Assembly: GCA_963693365.1 (NCBI GenBank)
Contig: CAVNZM010000011.1
Location: 8,834,664 to 8,898,663, forward strand
Direction: 5' to 3'
DNA from: Amoebidium appalachense
Lineage: Eukaryota; Protista; Ichthyosporea
Length of the DNA: 64,000 nt
The translations under genes and the position numbers were made by a program. Shown in pieces: positions 1 to 9,926 of this stretch. How positions within the stretch are numbered: position 1 is the first letter of the stretch; every line of letters begins with the position of its first letter. Under the pieces are notes generated by a model. The model saw only the letters and a program-made list of their open reading frames with translations, was not told where the DNA came from and did no database searches.

Positions 1-218
1 TTTTTCAGTTTACAGGTGTGGAGTCGCCGGTTAGACCGGTGGTTGAAGACTTGCCATTAGGACCGGCTGGCAATACCCGGTGGACGCGGTCTGGAACAAC
101 GCATGCCCTGAGGACCACCAAAAGGCAAAGGAGACAGCTCAGGCATTACAGGCCACCCGGGCAGTAAACAAGCGAACACAATCGAAGCCACCAAAGTTTT
201 GGGGTGTTGAATCTATAG

Positions 219-1724
219 ATGGCACACGGGCGAGGGAAGGATGTAGTGGAAAGATTTCCCGTGAAGCCGCGCTGCTTTTTCAGGTTCGTAAAGAAAAATG
301 CAGAACATTTTGTGGAAGAAACGCCGGTCTCCCCCAGCACTCAGACGTACGCATGGACACCGGAAAACGGTTGCCTCTCCCTCTCCCTGGAAAGCACAGA
401 ACCCGACACGATCCCGGTGTATCTTGCCTGTGTTAAACGTCTCCGGTTCGATGCGCAACAGGATGGCTACTCCGTGAATATCGAGTTCGAGAACCAAGAT
501 AGTCCTGGGATACGCACCTTCGACACAACTTACGATTCGGTTCGAAACTTCATGTTGGACAAGAGGGGCAATGCTTTCAAGGAGATCATGGTGAAGCACG
601 CCCCATACCAGATCGAGGAGTACAAAAAGAGTACCATCCCTGGGAACCCAACACCCCCATATTTGCAGGAGGATTCGGTAGCAGACCTCTTGTTTGACAA
701 ACTGTACCGCGGGGCCCAACAAATTTCGGGGTCCATAAAAGATTTGATAGGGGTAGGGTCTGTGTGGACTTCGCCTGCAGTAGAGGGGAGAACCAATACT
801 ATAGTAATGCTACAGACATATCTTCCGAAGTCCACAATTTTCGCCCCCGGAGAATTGCTCCGTACACAACCCAACAACGAGTCAATGACTGTCCAGCCAT
901 CGTTTAGGAATCTCAGGAACGATGGCTTCATGACCACCATATCGATGCCTAAATGGAAGTTCTTTTTTAGGAACGAACTCGCGACAATGTTGTTCCAATG
1001 GCTGACTGACCCCCAACGGGTGCCCTACTTTATTATATACACAGGTGAAGTGCACCATGCTTCTGTCATCATACTCGTTTCAGGTGACAAGTCGAGTATA
1101 GTTCTGGAGTTCTTCAATGTCCATGCCCCGAGTAGCACGTTGACAAAAGCCCTTGTCTCATTCATGAGAAGCGCTGATCCCACAGGCAAGCTGAAAGACA
1201 TACTTCGATCCCTCAAACCCGAAAGGGTTTGCACTGATTTGCAAAATCTTCATGGAAAAAGGACATTGTACGACGAATTGTTTGACAGAGACGAGGTGGT
1301 CGATGGGGCCTGTGCGTCTTGGTTGAGTATTTATATACTGCTGCGGACTTCACAAGCCGACTGGTCGTCCATACCGGGTGCGGATGGGCACACCATAGGC
1401 GAGCGGATCTGCAACTTCATCAAGACGAAAATCGCAAGGGATGGGGGATTCCAAGCGGTCTATAAGGTCGGGGGAACGATCGCGATGTACGGAAAGCGCC
1501 TGATCGAACTCTACGGGGCTAAGATGTATCAAACTGCGGATTGGTGGGCGCAAGACGGCGTCAATCAACAGGAGCGTTACCGAGAGGTCGTGGACATGGT
1601 GCTTTCCAAGAAAGTTCTCGTATTGACCGATGCCGAGCTTAAGGATGCAGGACTGCCAACACGCAAGGACGGCGAGAGACTTGTGAACGAGGTCCGAGAA
1701 CAAGCGGCGCGCCTCCTCCCCTGA
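219..1724 (+). CDS. Putative clan-CE-like (Ulp1/adenain-order) cysteine protease, paralog 1
   Basis: 501-aa ORF. HASVII...LEFFN...LQ...DGACASW gives the His, Glu/Asn, Gln, Cys order. Full-length similarity to 6546-8063. Confidence 0.6.
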   Translation: MAHGRGKDVVERFPVKPRCFFRFVKKNAEHFVEETPVSPSTQTYAWTPENGCLSLSLESTEPDTIPVYLACVKRLRFDAQQDGYSVNIEFENQDSPGIRTFDTTYDSVRNFMLDKRGNAFKEIMVKHAPYQIEEYKKSTIPGNPTPPYLQEDSVADLLFDKLYRGAQQISGSIKDLIGVGSVWTSPAVEGRTNTIVMLQTYLPKSTIFAPGELLRTQPNNESMTVQPSFRNLRNDGFMTTISMPKWKFFFRNELATMLFQWLTDPQRVPYFIIYTGEVHHASVIILVSGDKSSIVLEFFNVHAPSSTLTKALVSFMRSADPTGKLKDILRSLKPERVCTDLQNLHGKRTLYDELFDRDEVVDGACASWLSIYILLRTSQADWSSIPGADGHTIGERICNFIKTKIARDGGFQAVYKVGGTIAMYGKRLIELYGAKMYQTADWWAQDGVNQQERYREVVDMVLSKKVLVLTDAELKDAGLPTRKDGERLVNEVREQAARLLP

Positions 1725-1766
1725 GGGCACCAAAAGGTCAAGAATTGAGGTGGATTGATCCCTGCC

Positions 1767-2132
1767 TCAGCGGAGGACCTCCCTTCTCAGCGCAGCGGCC
1801 AGCCGCGCGAGCCAGGCGGTGCGGTCGTCGCCCAGGCGTGTGGCAAAGTCGGCATAGGACATCTGTGCCGAGAACCATTGACCCTTCTCCTCGTTCCAGT
1901 AGCGCAGGCCGTTAACATTGGAAACTTCCATGCGCGGGCACCGGCCGCATTCGCCAAAACGGGCTGTGTCGGCCTCCCAGCCCGCGGCCAGGCGCTTGTC
2001 ATAAAGCAGGGCGGCACAGGCGGGTGCGTCGCAGGGCGGGTCACGACCGAACACCGTGCGCACCGCATCTCGCAGCGCAAGCGCAAGCAGGGTGGTCACG
2101 CAGAGGGCCATGAGCAGGAGTACCAGCTGCAT
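1767..2132 (-). CDS. Small signal-peptide/membrane protein
   Basis: 121 aa, ATG start, hydrophobic N-terminus, fills the gap between neighbouring genes. Confidence 0.6.
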   Translation of the reverse strand: MQLVLLLMALCVTTLLALALRDAVRTVFGRDPPCDAPACAALLYDKRLAAGWEADTARFGECGRCPRMEVSNVNGLRYWNEEKGQWFSAQMSYADFATRLGDDRTAWLARLAAALRREVLR

Positions 2133-2180
2133 TGTTACGTCACGGGCGCATTTTGTGCCGGCTTAATCTTCCTGTAGTGC

Positions 2181-2768
2181 ATGCACATCACGCACGGCGA
2201 CCGCTTCGTCAGCCGCAACCTCGCGCTGCTCAGCTGCCCGGTGGAGTGGCCCGAGGACCTGGCCAACACGAGGCACACGGGCATGGGCCTGCGGTGGCGG
2301 CGTGACGGCGACAAGGTCACCGCCATGCTCGGTGAGACACGCATGTACTGGAGGGCGCTGCCCGAGGCCAACGTCGTCACGTTCACCGATGACCCGGCTC
2401 AGGCGAGCTCTTTTGGGTTCAGCGACTGCCCGCTCCCGCAGCCCAACCACGTTCCCGACACGGGTCTGGCGGGCGTGCGGGTGCGTCTGCACGACAAAGA
2501 CCTGCCGGCTCTCCCCCCACCTAGCGCACCGCCCCAGGGCCGCGTGGAGCTCGGCGTGGCCTTCTCCATCGGCGTGCTCGGCGTGGGGCCCCTGCCCATG
2601 CCCTCGTGGTTTGTGTCCTCGGTCGCAGACACGAGCCCCACCATGCAGTATGGGTTCCGCGGCGTCAACCTTGCGCTGTGCCTGCTGCACGTGTGGCGCG
2701 TGCGCGTGTGCGTGGACCTGTTCCCGTTCCCGGGCCTGACGCTTTTTCTGGCGCTGCTCGAGCTCTGA
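2181..2768 (+). CDS. Hypothetical protein
   Basis: 195-aa ATG ORF with GC3-rich codons that tiles with its neighbours. Confidence 0.55.
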   Translation: MHITHGDRFVSRNLALLSCPVEWPEDLANTRHTGMGLRWRRDGDKVTAMLGETRMYWRALPEANVVTFTDDPAQASSFGFSDCPLPQPNHVPDTGLAGVRVRLHDKDLPALPPPSAPPQGRVELGVAFSIGVLGVGPLPMPSWFVSSVADTSPTMQYGFRGVNLALCLLHVWRVRVCVDLFPFPGLTLFLALLEL

Positions 2769-2788
2769 TATTTTGTAGCCATCTATCA

Positions 2789-3184
2789 ATGCGTGCGCTG
2801 CTCCTGTGTCCCCCCCTGCTTGCACTGGTCCTTGCGGCCCCCGAGTGCCTGGTGTTTGCGAGCTCGGCAACCCTTGCGGCAACCACCGCGCACGTGCCGC
2901 CCAGCTCCACTGCCGAAACAAAGACGTGGTGGGCGACCCTGACGCACGTGGAGACCGTTGCAGCCACCACCACAGCCGCCGCTTCGATTCAAACCATCGA
3001 AACCACCTCGGCCTCGGAAACTCCCACCGAAACGGACACCGACGTATTCGAGATCCCCACCTCCATCACTGAAGGCGACCCAACCGACGAACCCATGCCC
3101 ACGATGCCCGTGGACCCGCCCGCACCACCCGCCGGGGTGAACGCATCCAACTGGGAGTGCCGTTGCACGCTCATCAGACGTTAA
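2789..3184 (+). CDS. Secreted Thr/Pro-rich (mucin-like) protein
   Basis: MRALLLCPPLLALVLA signal peptide, Thr-rich stalk, C-terminal WECRC. Start reassigned to ATG 2789. Confidence 0.65.
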   Translation: MRALLLCPPLLALVLAAPECLVFASSATLAATTAHVPPSSTAETKTWWATLTHVETVAATTTAAASIQTIETTSASETPTETDTDVFEIPTSITEGDPTDEPMPTMPVDPPAPPAGVNASNWECRCTLIRR

Positions 3185-3264
3185 TCATTTCTCGGAAAAC
3201 CAGAGTTGGCCTGTCCATTCTTTGTTTTGTTCAGCCACGCCAGCTTTTAATTTGCGCAAGAAGA

Positions 3265-3768
3265 ATGGACTTGTCAAATGCGATTGCCTTAATCATTCTA
3301 ATGCTTACTATCGGTGTGTTGGCATGGGCATACATCAAGTACGAACCCAAACCTGCCCCTGGCAAAAACGACAGTACCCCTAAGCCTGGCCCCGGCAAAA
3401 ACGACAGTACCCCTGCAGTCGCACGGACACAGTGGTATGCTTTCGACCAAGTGGGGGACCACAGCACGGACAACACGTTTAACGACTGGCAAGACCCGGT
3501 GAACTATGGGTACACGTCGGCCAGTCAGTGCATTAACCGATGCCAATCTATGAGCGGATGCCAACAGGTGGGCTATTCGCCATGGCAGGATATGGACGGG
3601 AAGCGGCCAAAAGGCTATTGCTACATGAGAAAAGCCGTCAAGAAATGGCCGTTGGATGCGTGGTCAAACAAGTCCGGTGTGGCTGCATCGGAATCGCAGG
3701 TCACGTATGTGATGGCCGCACAAGTGCCGGAGAGCGAGAAGCAACATGGCAAGCTGGTTGAGTTCTAG
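3265..3768 (+). CDS. Membrane-anchored PAN/apple-like domain protein
   Basis: N-terminal TM helix, duplicated PKPxPGKNDST linker, SASQCINRCQSMSGCQQVGY...CYMR cysteine pattern. Confidence 0.6.
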   Translation: MDLSNAIALIILMLTIGVLAWAYIKYEPKPAPGKNDSTPKPGPGKNDSTPAVARTQWYAFDQVGDHSTDNTFNDWQDPVNYGYTSASQCINRCQSMSGCQQVGYSPWQDMDGKRPKGYCYMRKAVKKWPLDAWSNKSGVAASESQVTYVMAAQVPESEKQHGKLVEF

Positions 3769-3946
3769 CATGAATCAGATGAACAAATGTAAGAAAGGCT
3801 GGCATTTCCATTGCCCCCTGGTTTGGGTGCACGCTGCTACAAAGATATTTGGCAACCTTGTTTTTCTTTGTCGTGTATATGGCCAATTTGATGGCTGTTT
3901 GATCTTGTGTCTAGAGCTGGCTTCTTTTTTATTGTGCCCCAATGTA

Positions 3947-5305
3947 ATGTCGCATGCGCGCTCCCGCATCCTTGACGACATGGCGTCCCACATCGATTTC
4001 TCGGCAGCCGTGGCGCGCCGGGCAGCGTTCCCGCACGGGCCAGCCCTGCCCTCGGCCCCCCGCAGCGTGTCGGTGCCGAGCGAGGCGCCCCCGCGTGTCG
4101 AGCCCCCGCAGCCGCCGCAGGGCCAGTGGCGCTACCACTTCGTGACGGGCGGGTCCGAGTGCCGGCCGCTGCAGGTGGAGTTTCCCGCCACCCAGTCCGT
4201 GCACGGCATCCGTGTTGAGGGCATCAAGGCGCACAGCGTGTACGACGTGTGCGAGGGCGCCAACAAGCTCACGCTGTCGCTGTCGTACCTGGACTCGCCC
4301 GACGGCCGGCCCCCAGGCATGTGGGTGAAGGCGTCCACCGACGTGTACCTGCCTGTGGGCAACTACACCCTGGACACCCTGTGCGCCGAACTCGAGATGC
4401 GTCTGGACGCCGCCATCGCCGCATGCTTCAACCCCAGCTACAGCCCCGAGGAGGTGGCGGACATTTTGGAGATGTACCCGGACACGCTGCCCTACTACGC
4501 CAGCGTCACACACACGGAGCGGTTGCGCCGGGACGCCGAGCGCAACGGCGAGGCGTGGACCAGGCACCAGGACTTTGTGTGCAAGACGCGGTGGGCGCCA
4601 CGCCGGCAGGGCCCGCGCGACGAGATCGCATTCGAGGCGCTGATGCTCGCGCAGCTGTACTACAGGGAGAACGCATGGGCGTGGCGTGAGCTGGCCAACG
4701 AGCGTGACACCCACGGGCGCATCCAGTGGCCGTTCCACAACACGCTGTACAACCTCATGACGCCCTCGAAGCTCGCGCTGCCCGGGCGACTGGTCATCAG
4801 CATCCACCACCGCAAGAACATGGACCCGGACACCATGAAGCACTGGCTGCCGTATGCGTCGGTGCCGACGTTCTCGCTTGACGTGTGCCGGGGGCTCGGG
4901 AGCGTGCTGGGAATGGCGGCCGGCGCGCACGTCAGCCACAGCCTGACAGCGGGGCTGCCTCCGCTGGCCCGCTACTTCGACGGGCGAGACCATGCGGCCG
5001 TGGAGGAGGGCGACCAGCAGCTGCCGTGCCAGGGCGACAACATCCAGTGCGTGTTTGGGACGGATGCACCCCTGGGCCCGCGGGGGGCGCTCATGGTGCA
5101 CGTCATGCAGGGCGAGACGAACCTGCAGGGGCGCATCATGGCGCCGGGCGTGCAGGGGGCGGCGGGCGGGGCGGTGGACGACATGCTGGCGAGCCCGCAG
5201 ATCTTGGGGACGCTGGACCACGTCGACACGCTGCGGCTGGTGGTGGTGGACGAGACCGGGACAAGGGTGACTGGCTGTTTCTCGGCGCTGGTCGCGGTTA
5301 AATAA
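3947..5305 (+). CDS. Putative minor capsid (penton-like) protein
   Basis: YDVCEGANKL...VYLPVGNYTLDTLCAEL, LGSVLGM and C-terminal TLRLVVVDETG...FS resemble PLV/NCLDV penton-type motifs. Confidence 0.55.
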   Translation: MSHARSRILDDMASHIDFSAAVARRAAFPHGPALPSAPRSVSVPSEAPPRVEPPQPPQGQWRYHFVTGGSECRPLQVEFPATQSVHGIRVEGIKAHSVYDVCEGANKLTLSLSYLDSPDGRPPGMWVKASTDVYLPVGNYTLDTLCAELEMRLDAAIAACFNPSYSPEEVADILEMYPDTLPYYASVTHTERLRRDAERNGEAWTRHQDFVCKTRWAPRRQGPRDEIAFEALMLAQLYYRENAWAWRELANERDTHGRIQWPFHNTLYNLMTPSKLALPGRLVISIHHRKNMDPDTMKHWLPYASVPTFSLDVCRGLGSVLGMAAGAHVSHSLTAGLPPLARYFDGRDHAAVEEGDQQLPCQGDNIQCVFGTDAPLGPRGALMVHVMQGETNLQGRIMAPGVQGAAGGAVDDMLASPQILGTLDHVDTLRLVVVDETGTRVTGCFSALVAVK

Positions 5306-5332
5306 AAGAGACTCCCAGATAATTCCTGACCT

Positions 5333-5848
5333 CTACCCGCCCATAGCCGCCCTGTCAGCGGGGCGTTCAACCTGTGGGAACCTAGGCACGAACGAGAAGG
5401 ACTCGAATGTCGCGTACGCCGCACGGCGCGCCACAGCCATGCCGCAGTGACGCGCGCGCTCCTGGAACTGCTGGTAGCGGTCGGTGTACTGGGGATCGGA
5501 CGACGTCTCCATGAGGAACACGCCAAACCTGTCCTCCTCCTCGTCACCGAAGAAGATGATATTGACGACGACGGGGACCCCCTCGAGCCGCCCGACCATG
5601 AGCCAGTTGTAGTGCCCCCTCCCATGGATCATCCAGGGCTCCCGCGCCTGTGCGCTTTCGATCAAGAACAGAAACGACTCCTGCCCGGACAACACATCCT
5701 CGCACGGCAGTGTCAGCTGCAAGTAGAATGTGTTCGGCTGGCCCAGCCGTGGTATCATTTCGGCCAAATCCGAGCCGCCGTCGATAAACACCTCGTGGTC
5801 GTAATCCGCGTCCCATCCCCATGTGGCCTGTGAAGTCCCGATTCCCAT
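5333..5848 (-). CDS. Hypothetical protein with possible N-myristoylation motif
   Basis: Start reassigned to ATG 5848 (MGIGTS fits MGxxxS). Divergent from the RuvC gene. Confidence 0.6.
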   Translation of the reverse strand: MGIGTSQATWGWDADYDHEVFIDGGSDLAEMIPRLGQPNTFYLQLTLPCEDVLSGQESFLFLIESAQAREPWMIHGRGHYNWLMVGRLEGVPVVVNIIFFGDEEEDRFGVFLMETSSDPQYTDRYQQFQERARHCGMAVARRAAYATFESFSFVPRFPQVERPADRAAMGG

Positions 5849-5926
5849 GCCTGTGCCAACAATATTCTTGTAAACGAGTTGGGCAGGGAAGCATAAAAGG
5901 GAATCCCCCAACCCCCCACCCTCACA

Positions 5927-6526
5927 ATGCGTGTGGCCGCCATCGACATCGGCTTCCTGAACCTGGTGGTGTGCGTGCTCAGCACGACCGACGACCCCGC
6001 CACGCCCTTCATCATCCACACGTGGGACCGCTGGCTCGTGGGCAACCCGGACACCACGGCCACGGTGCTGGTGGAGCTGCTGCTGCGCCGGCTGCACGAG
6101 GACCGCGCGCTGTTCGCGGACGTCGACATGGTCGTCATCGAGCGCCAGATGGTCACCAAGCTGAGCGTGCTGGCGCACGCGCTGCAGGCGTACTTCCTCA
6201 CCCTCAGATTGACCAATGGCCACGGGCCCGGCGTGGTGCTGCAGCACGGCACGCGCAAGAACCAGTGCGGGGCGTGGCTCGCCCGCCACGGAATGGCTCC
6301 TGCGGAGACGGGCAAGGCGGGGTATGCGGTGTACAAGCGGCGTGCGGTGGTCGACACGCAGCAAGCGCTCAAGCTGCAGAGTGAGCAGGGGTGGCGGGAC
6401 AAGTTTGGGCGGGAGGGCAAGAAGGACGACATGGCGGATGCGCTGCTGCACGGTCTGTGGTACCTGTTCTGTCGGAATCAGAAGGGGGGGGTCACGCTGA
6501 AAGAAGGCAGACAGTGTTCAAAATAA
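5927..6526 (+). CDS. RuvC-like Holliday junction resolvase (poxvirus A22 family)
   Basis: AIDIGFLNL, VVIERQ, YKRRAV and KKDDMADALL catalytic motifs. Confidence 0.9.
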   Translation: MRVAAIDIGFLNLVVCVLSTTDDPATPFIIHTWDRWLVGNPDTTATVLVELLLRRLHEDRALFADVDMVVIERQMVTKLSVLAHALQAYFLTLRLTNGHGPGVVLQHGTRKNQCGAWLARHGMAPAETGKAGYAVYKRRAVVDTQQALKLQSEQGWRDKFGREGKKDDMADALLHGLWYLFCRNQKGGVTLKEGRQCSK

Positions 6527-6545
6527 AGTTGGCAATCGCCCCTGC

Positions 6546-8063
6546 TCATGCGAGCACACTTGCATTCGGAGTTGTCGCTGCTGCTTTCGCGATGTCTTCC
6601 ACAAGCCGCTCTCCATCCCTGCGCCTCGGCAGTCCTGCGGCTTCAAGCTCGGCATCGGTCAACACGACCGTTTTCTTGGTTATTACCTCTCTTATTACCT
6701 GTGTGTACCGTGGGTCATCAAGATTCGGCTGCACCACATTTATCTCTCCTCCATGCATCTTAGCCCAGTAGAGTTCGGTCAGTTGCTTCCCGTACAGGGA
6801 CAGCACGGCCCCGATTTTGTAGACTGCCCGGAATCCTCTGTCCACCTTCTCAAGCTTTGTCGTTATATGATTGCAGACCCGTTCCCCAATGGTGTTTCCA
6901 TTGCCCGGTTGGGAACCCCAGTCGAAGCTTGACGTGCGCAGGAGTATGTAGACCATCAACCAGGAGGCACATGCCGAGTCGTGTATTTCGTTTCTATCGA
7001 CAAGTCCCTCATACAAAACCCTCCTAAAACTTGTCTGAAGGCTCTTACATACAGATTCGTGTTGGTAGGTGCGCAGAACTTTCGAGCTTCCAGTGTAACC
7101 GGCCCCCTCAAGGAACATACAGAGGGCGTCAGCGATTAGCCCTGCCGGGGCAGACATGTTAAAGCACTCGACCACCTTGACTTGCGAATCGATAATGACA
7201 ACAGAAGCATGCTCTGGGCTCGACACATGCATTATATAGTAGCGCTCACGTTCTTGGCTTTTCAGCCATGAAGAGAGGTTCGACACGAATGCTTTCGGGC
7301 ATCTGAAACCCCACTTTCCTGCTGACACCTTCCAAGTGGACATTTTACCATTGTCCGTCACAACACTGAGTGCTGGTGTGGACTTGGGGACAGCATCACT
7401 ATTATGCTCTATTTTGAGGGATGTGCCAGGGGAAAAACGAACAGATTTTGGCAGATAGGTTTGCAGCAGTACGAAGGTGTTGTCCCGAGACCTGGCGCCA
7501 CACCCTGCCACAGCCGGTGAGGCTTCAACGGAGCCAACCCCAATCAGCTCGGTCAGTGACTTCTGAAGATCAACGAGACCGTTGTACCAGTCAAATAGAA
7601 GTGGCCACGTTTTTTGTATGTCCTCCATCATGTCCGAGGGCGTAGGTCTTCCAGGGACAATAGCCTGTTTGTACTTTTCGGCCACGTAGGGAGCACACTT
7701 CACCACAATCGACCCGAAACGGTGCTTCCGCTGGTCCACGAGAAACCGGCTTTTTGAATCATACCTTACAGCAAACTTGTATTCCGTTCCAGCTGTTTGA
7801 CGCATACAAATAAACAACAATCTGTAGCCACCCAGCCCTGCTTCAAAAACCAGAGATGTAACACAGGTCAGACAGACTGGTTCGACATCATTTTGAGTGC
7901 TCCACAAGTTGATGGAGAGACAGACGTCCCCCATAGCCCACTTGTATGTCTGGGTGTTGCGGGGTTTCAGATGTGCGTCTTCCAACTTGAAATGTTGGGT
8001 ATTGCGTTTGACAAACTTGAAGAAGCAGTGGGGCTTTACCGACAATGTCTGTGTTAAAGCCAT
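6546..8063 (-). CDS. Putative clan-CE-like cysteine protease, paralog 2
   Basis: 505 aa; EHASVVIID...VECFN...LQ...DSACASW. Shares VKPxCFFxFVK, LQTYLPKS and LTDAELxxAGLPxRxDGERLV with 219-1724. Confidence 0.6.
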   Translation of the reverse strand: MALTQTLSVKPHCFFKFVKRNTQHFKLEDAHLKPRNTQTYKWAMGDVCLSINLWSTQNDVEPVCLTCVTSLVFEAGLGGYRLLFICMRQTAGTEYKFAVRYDSKSRFLVDQRKHRFGSIVVKCAPYVAEKYKQAIVPGRPTPSDMMEDIQKTWPLLFDWYNGLVDLQKSLTELIGVGSVEASPAVAGCGARSRDNTFVLLQTYLPKSVRFSPGTSLKIEHNSDAVPKSTPALSVVTDNGKMSTWKVSAGKWGFRCPKAFVSNLSSWLKSQERERYYIMHVSSPEHASVVIIDSQVKVVECFNMSAPAGLIADALCMFLEGAGYTGSSKVLRTYQHESVCKSLQTSFRRVLYEGLVDRNEIHDSACASWLMVYILLRTSSFDWGSQPGNGNTIGERVCNHITTKLEKVDRGFRAVYKIGAVLSLYGKQLTELYWAKMHGGEINVVQPNLDDPRYTQVIREVITKKTVVLTDAELEAAGLPRRRDGERLVEDIAKAAATTPNASVLA

Positions 8064-8186
8064 CTACACAACAGCCGAATTTTTCGACATATGGGTGGTT
8101 CCCTGGGACAGTTTCGGATGGGTTCCCGCGCGGGGTGGGGGGGGGGGGGATTGCGTCCATTCTGTGACCGATATATGCAAAAGAGT

Positions 8187-8594
8187 TTATATCCCTGCTG
8201 CACCGATGCCAGCAGGCTTGACGCAGCAGAAGTCCGGCGCGCACGGCATCGACGTGGCCCTGCGCCGCTTGCACCGCAGCACCCCGCCGGTCTTGGGGTC
8301 CGGTCGGTAGAGGTTGCAGCCCACAAACTGGTTGCACGGCACGAGCGACGGATTCTGCGGCACCACCGTGCGGCACAGCCACCCGCACCCCACCCCCGGC
8401 ACCGGCACCTGCGAGCACACGGGCGCTGCGGTGGCCGTCTGCGCAACGAGCCGTGTGCATCTGGATGGTTGGGTGAGGGTGGGCGTCGGGGTGGTTGGCG
8501 CCGGCGTCGGGGGGGCCGTCACGGTCACGTAGCTGGCGGCGGCGGCGGCGGCTTGTGCAAGTAGAGCAACGAGCGCGTACATTACCGTGTGCAT
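8187..8594 (-). CDS. Secreted Cys-rich protein
   Basis: MYALVALLAQAAAAAA signal, Thr/Pro linker, Cys-rich C-terminal domain. Confidence 0.6.
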   Translation of the reverse strand: MHTVMYALVALLAQAAAAAASYVTVTAPPTPAPTTPTPTLTQPSRCTRLVAQTATAAPVCSQVPVPGVGCGWLCRTVVPQNPSLVPCNQFVGCNLYRPDPKTGGVLRCKRRRATSMPCAPDFCCVKPAGIGAAGI

Positions 8595-8677
8595 GGATAA
8601 TAGTTGTGGGCGCAGGGGTGTTCTTGTTTGTTGGGGGGTGGGGGGGGCCGGAGGTCCCAGAGCTGGTTGTGTTTTAT

Positions 8678-8880
8678 TTATTGCGGCCTGCACATTTCCT
8701 CTGTTTGAAGAAACGAAACTTTGAAGGTATGTCGTTGGGCTACTGCGATTGAAGAAACGAAACTTTGAAGGTATGTCGTTGGGTCCGGAACAGCAGGTGA
8801 CAACTTCCCTCCCTTACCAAATGAGCAATTGGTCACTTTGACCAATTGGTCCCCTGTCGTATCCAATAGATGCTGGTTGG
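8678..8880 (-). pseudogene. Fragment of a Bro/KilA-like gene with a 35-bp internal duplication
   Basis: VTNCSFGKGGKLSPAVP matches VTNCQFQVGGKASPGVP of 9927-11114. TTGAAGAAACGAAACTTTGAAGGTATGTCGTTGGG occurs at 8705 and 8749. Confidence 0.55.
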
Positions 8881-8900
8881 TGTGCCTCGGCCACTATACG

Positions 8901-9815
8901 CTACACAACGTGCTTCGCCAGGAAGCTCACAGGGTACAGCTTGACCGTGCGCACGTCCCCGTTGACCACCATCTGCGTCGTCTCGGGCTCGCACCCCATC
9001 TCGTCACGCCAGGCCTTGCTGACCATGCGGCCGAGCGCAGAGGCGGACTTGCACTTGATGCCACGGTCGACCACGAACTTCCCCACCGTGACATAGTCGG
9101 AGAGGGTGGTGCCTTCGATGGCCCGCAGACCCTGGTTGGGGAGCAGCATGTTGGAGACCGAGTCGTTGACGAGCTGTCGCATGCGCGGATCACGGTCCAG
9201 CCCCAGGCGCTCAAGCAGCGCCTCGTACTGGGCGAGGTTGTCCATAGCCATCTTCTGGTTCTCCCTCTCGAGACGCGTGATCTCCGCCTCCTCCCGGCGC
9301 AGACGCAGCCTCCGCTCCTCCTCCAGCTCCTCGCGGCGGCGCTTGCGGTCAGGGGTCTCGTCCGTGCCGTTGCGGAAGAACTCGCGCTCCTCGGGGGTGC
9401 TGTTGTCGTAGCGGGCCTCGATCTCGGGGATGAGAGAGAGATCACCTGACAGGAGACGGGCTATGTAGGTGGCACAAGTCTTGCGGAACTCGTGCGCGCG
9501 CTTGCCGGGGAGCAGAAAGATGATCTCGATGAGGAACTTGAAGGGAGCTACAGGTGTCAACTTGCCCTTTCCGTCGATGCGGAGAACATGGTGTCCATCA
9601 GACACCATCTTCTTGATGTTGGAGTCTGTGGAATTCCTGAGGTCTGCCCATGCACACTTCGCTGCATTGGTAGTGCCTAGTACCAGGGATGCTACGTCCA
9701 GCACACTTGCCATCTTGGTGTCTTGGTCAATGCGAACAGTAGCATCCTTGAACTGGGGGAACTCCTTCCACAGAAGCGACATGTCCACCTTTGAGTTGCT
9801 CTGTCCGGTAGCCAT
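8901..9815 (-). CDS. Bro-N/KilA-like DNA-binding protein with coiled coil
   Basis: MASVLDV...LTPVAP...IIFLLPGKRAHEFRK...RLLSGDLSLIPEI is a motif set typical of large-DNA-virus Bro-like proteins. Confidence 0.75.
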   Translation of the reverse strand: MATGQSNSKVDMSLLWKEFPQFKDATVRIDQDTKMASVLDVASLVLGTTNAAKCAWADLRNSTDSNIKKMVSDGHHVLRIDGKGKLTPVAPFKFLIEIIFLLPGKRAHEFRKTCATYIARLLSGDLSLIPEIEARYDNSTPEEREFFRNGTDETPDRKRRREELEEERRLRLRREEAEITRLERENQKMAMDNLAQYEALLERLGLDRDPRMRQLVNDSVSNMLLPNQGLRAIEGTTLSDYVTVGKFVVDRGIKCKSASALGRMVSKAWRDEMGCEPETTQMVVNGDVRTVKLYPVSFLAKHVV

Positions 9816-9850
9816 GCTGTGTCAGACTGACCCCAGGTGGCCGTGTGTGC

Positions 9851-9874
9851 TCTTTTTATACCTGCGCGTGGCAC
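9851..9874 (-). promoter_or_regulatory. Conserved GTGCC...AGGTATAAAA promoter, copy 1
   Basis: GTGCCACGCGCAGGTATAAAAAG about 40 bp upstream of ATG 9815. Confidence 0.6.
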
Positions 9875-9926
9875 CCTCAGTCGTGCTGAGGGCAGGTTGG
9901 TGCTTATCCATTGAAATGTCTTGGGG

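Noticed and set aside
3929-6451. Long antisense ORFs (3929-5221; 5' part of 5333-6451)
   Set aside because: They are shadows of GC3-rich genes on the opposite strand.
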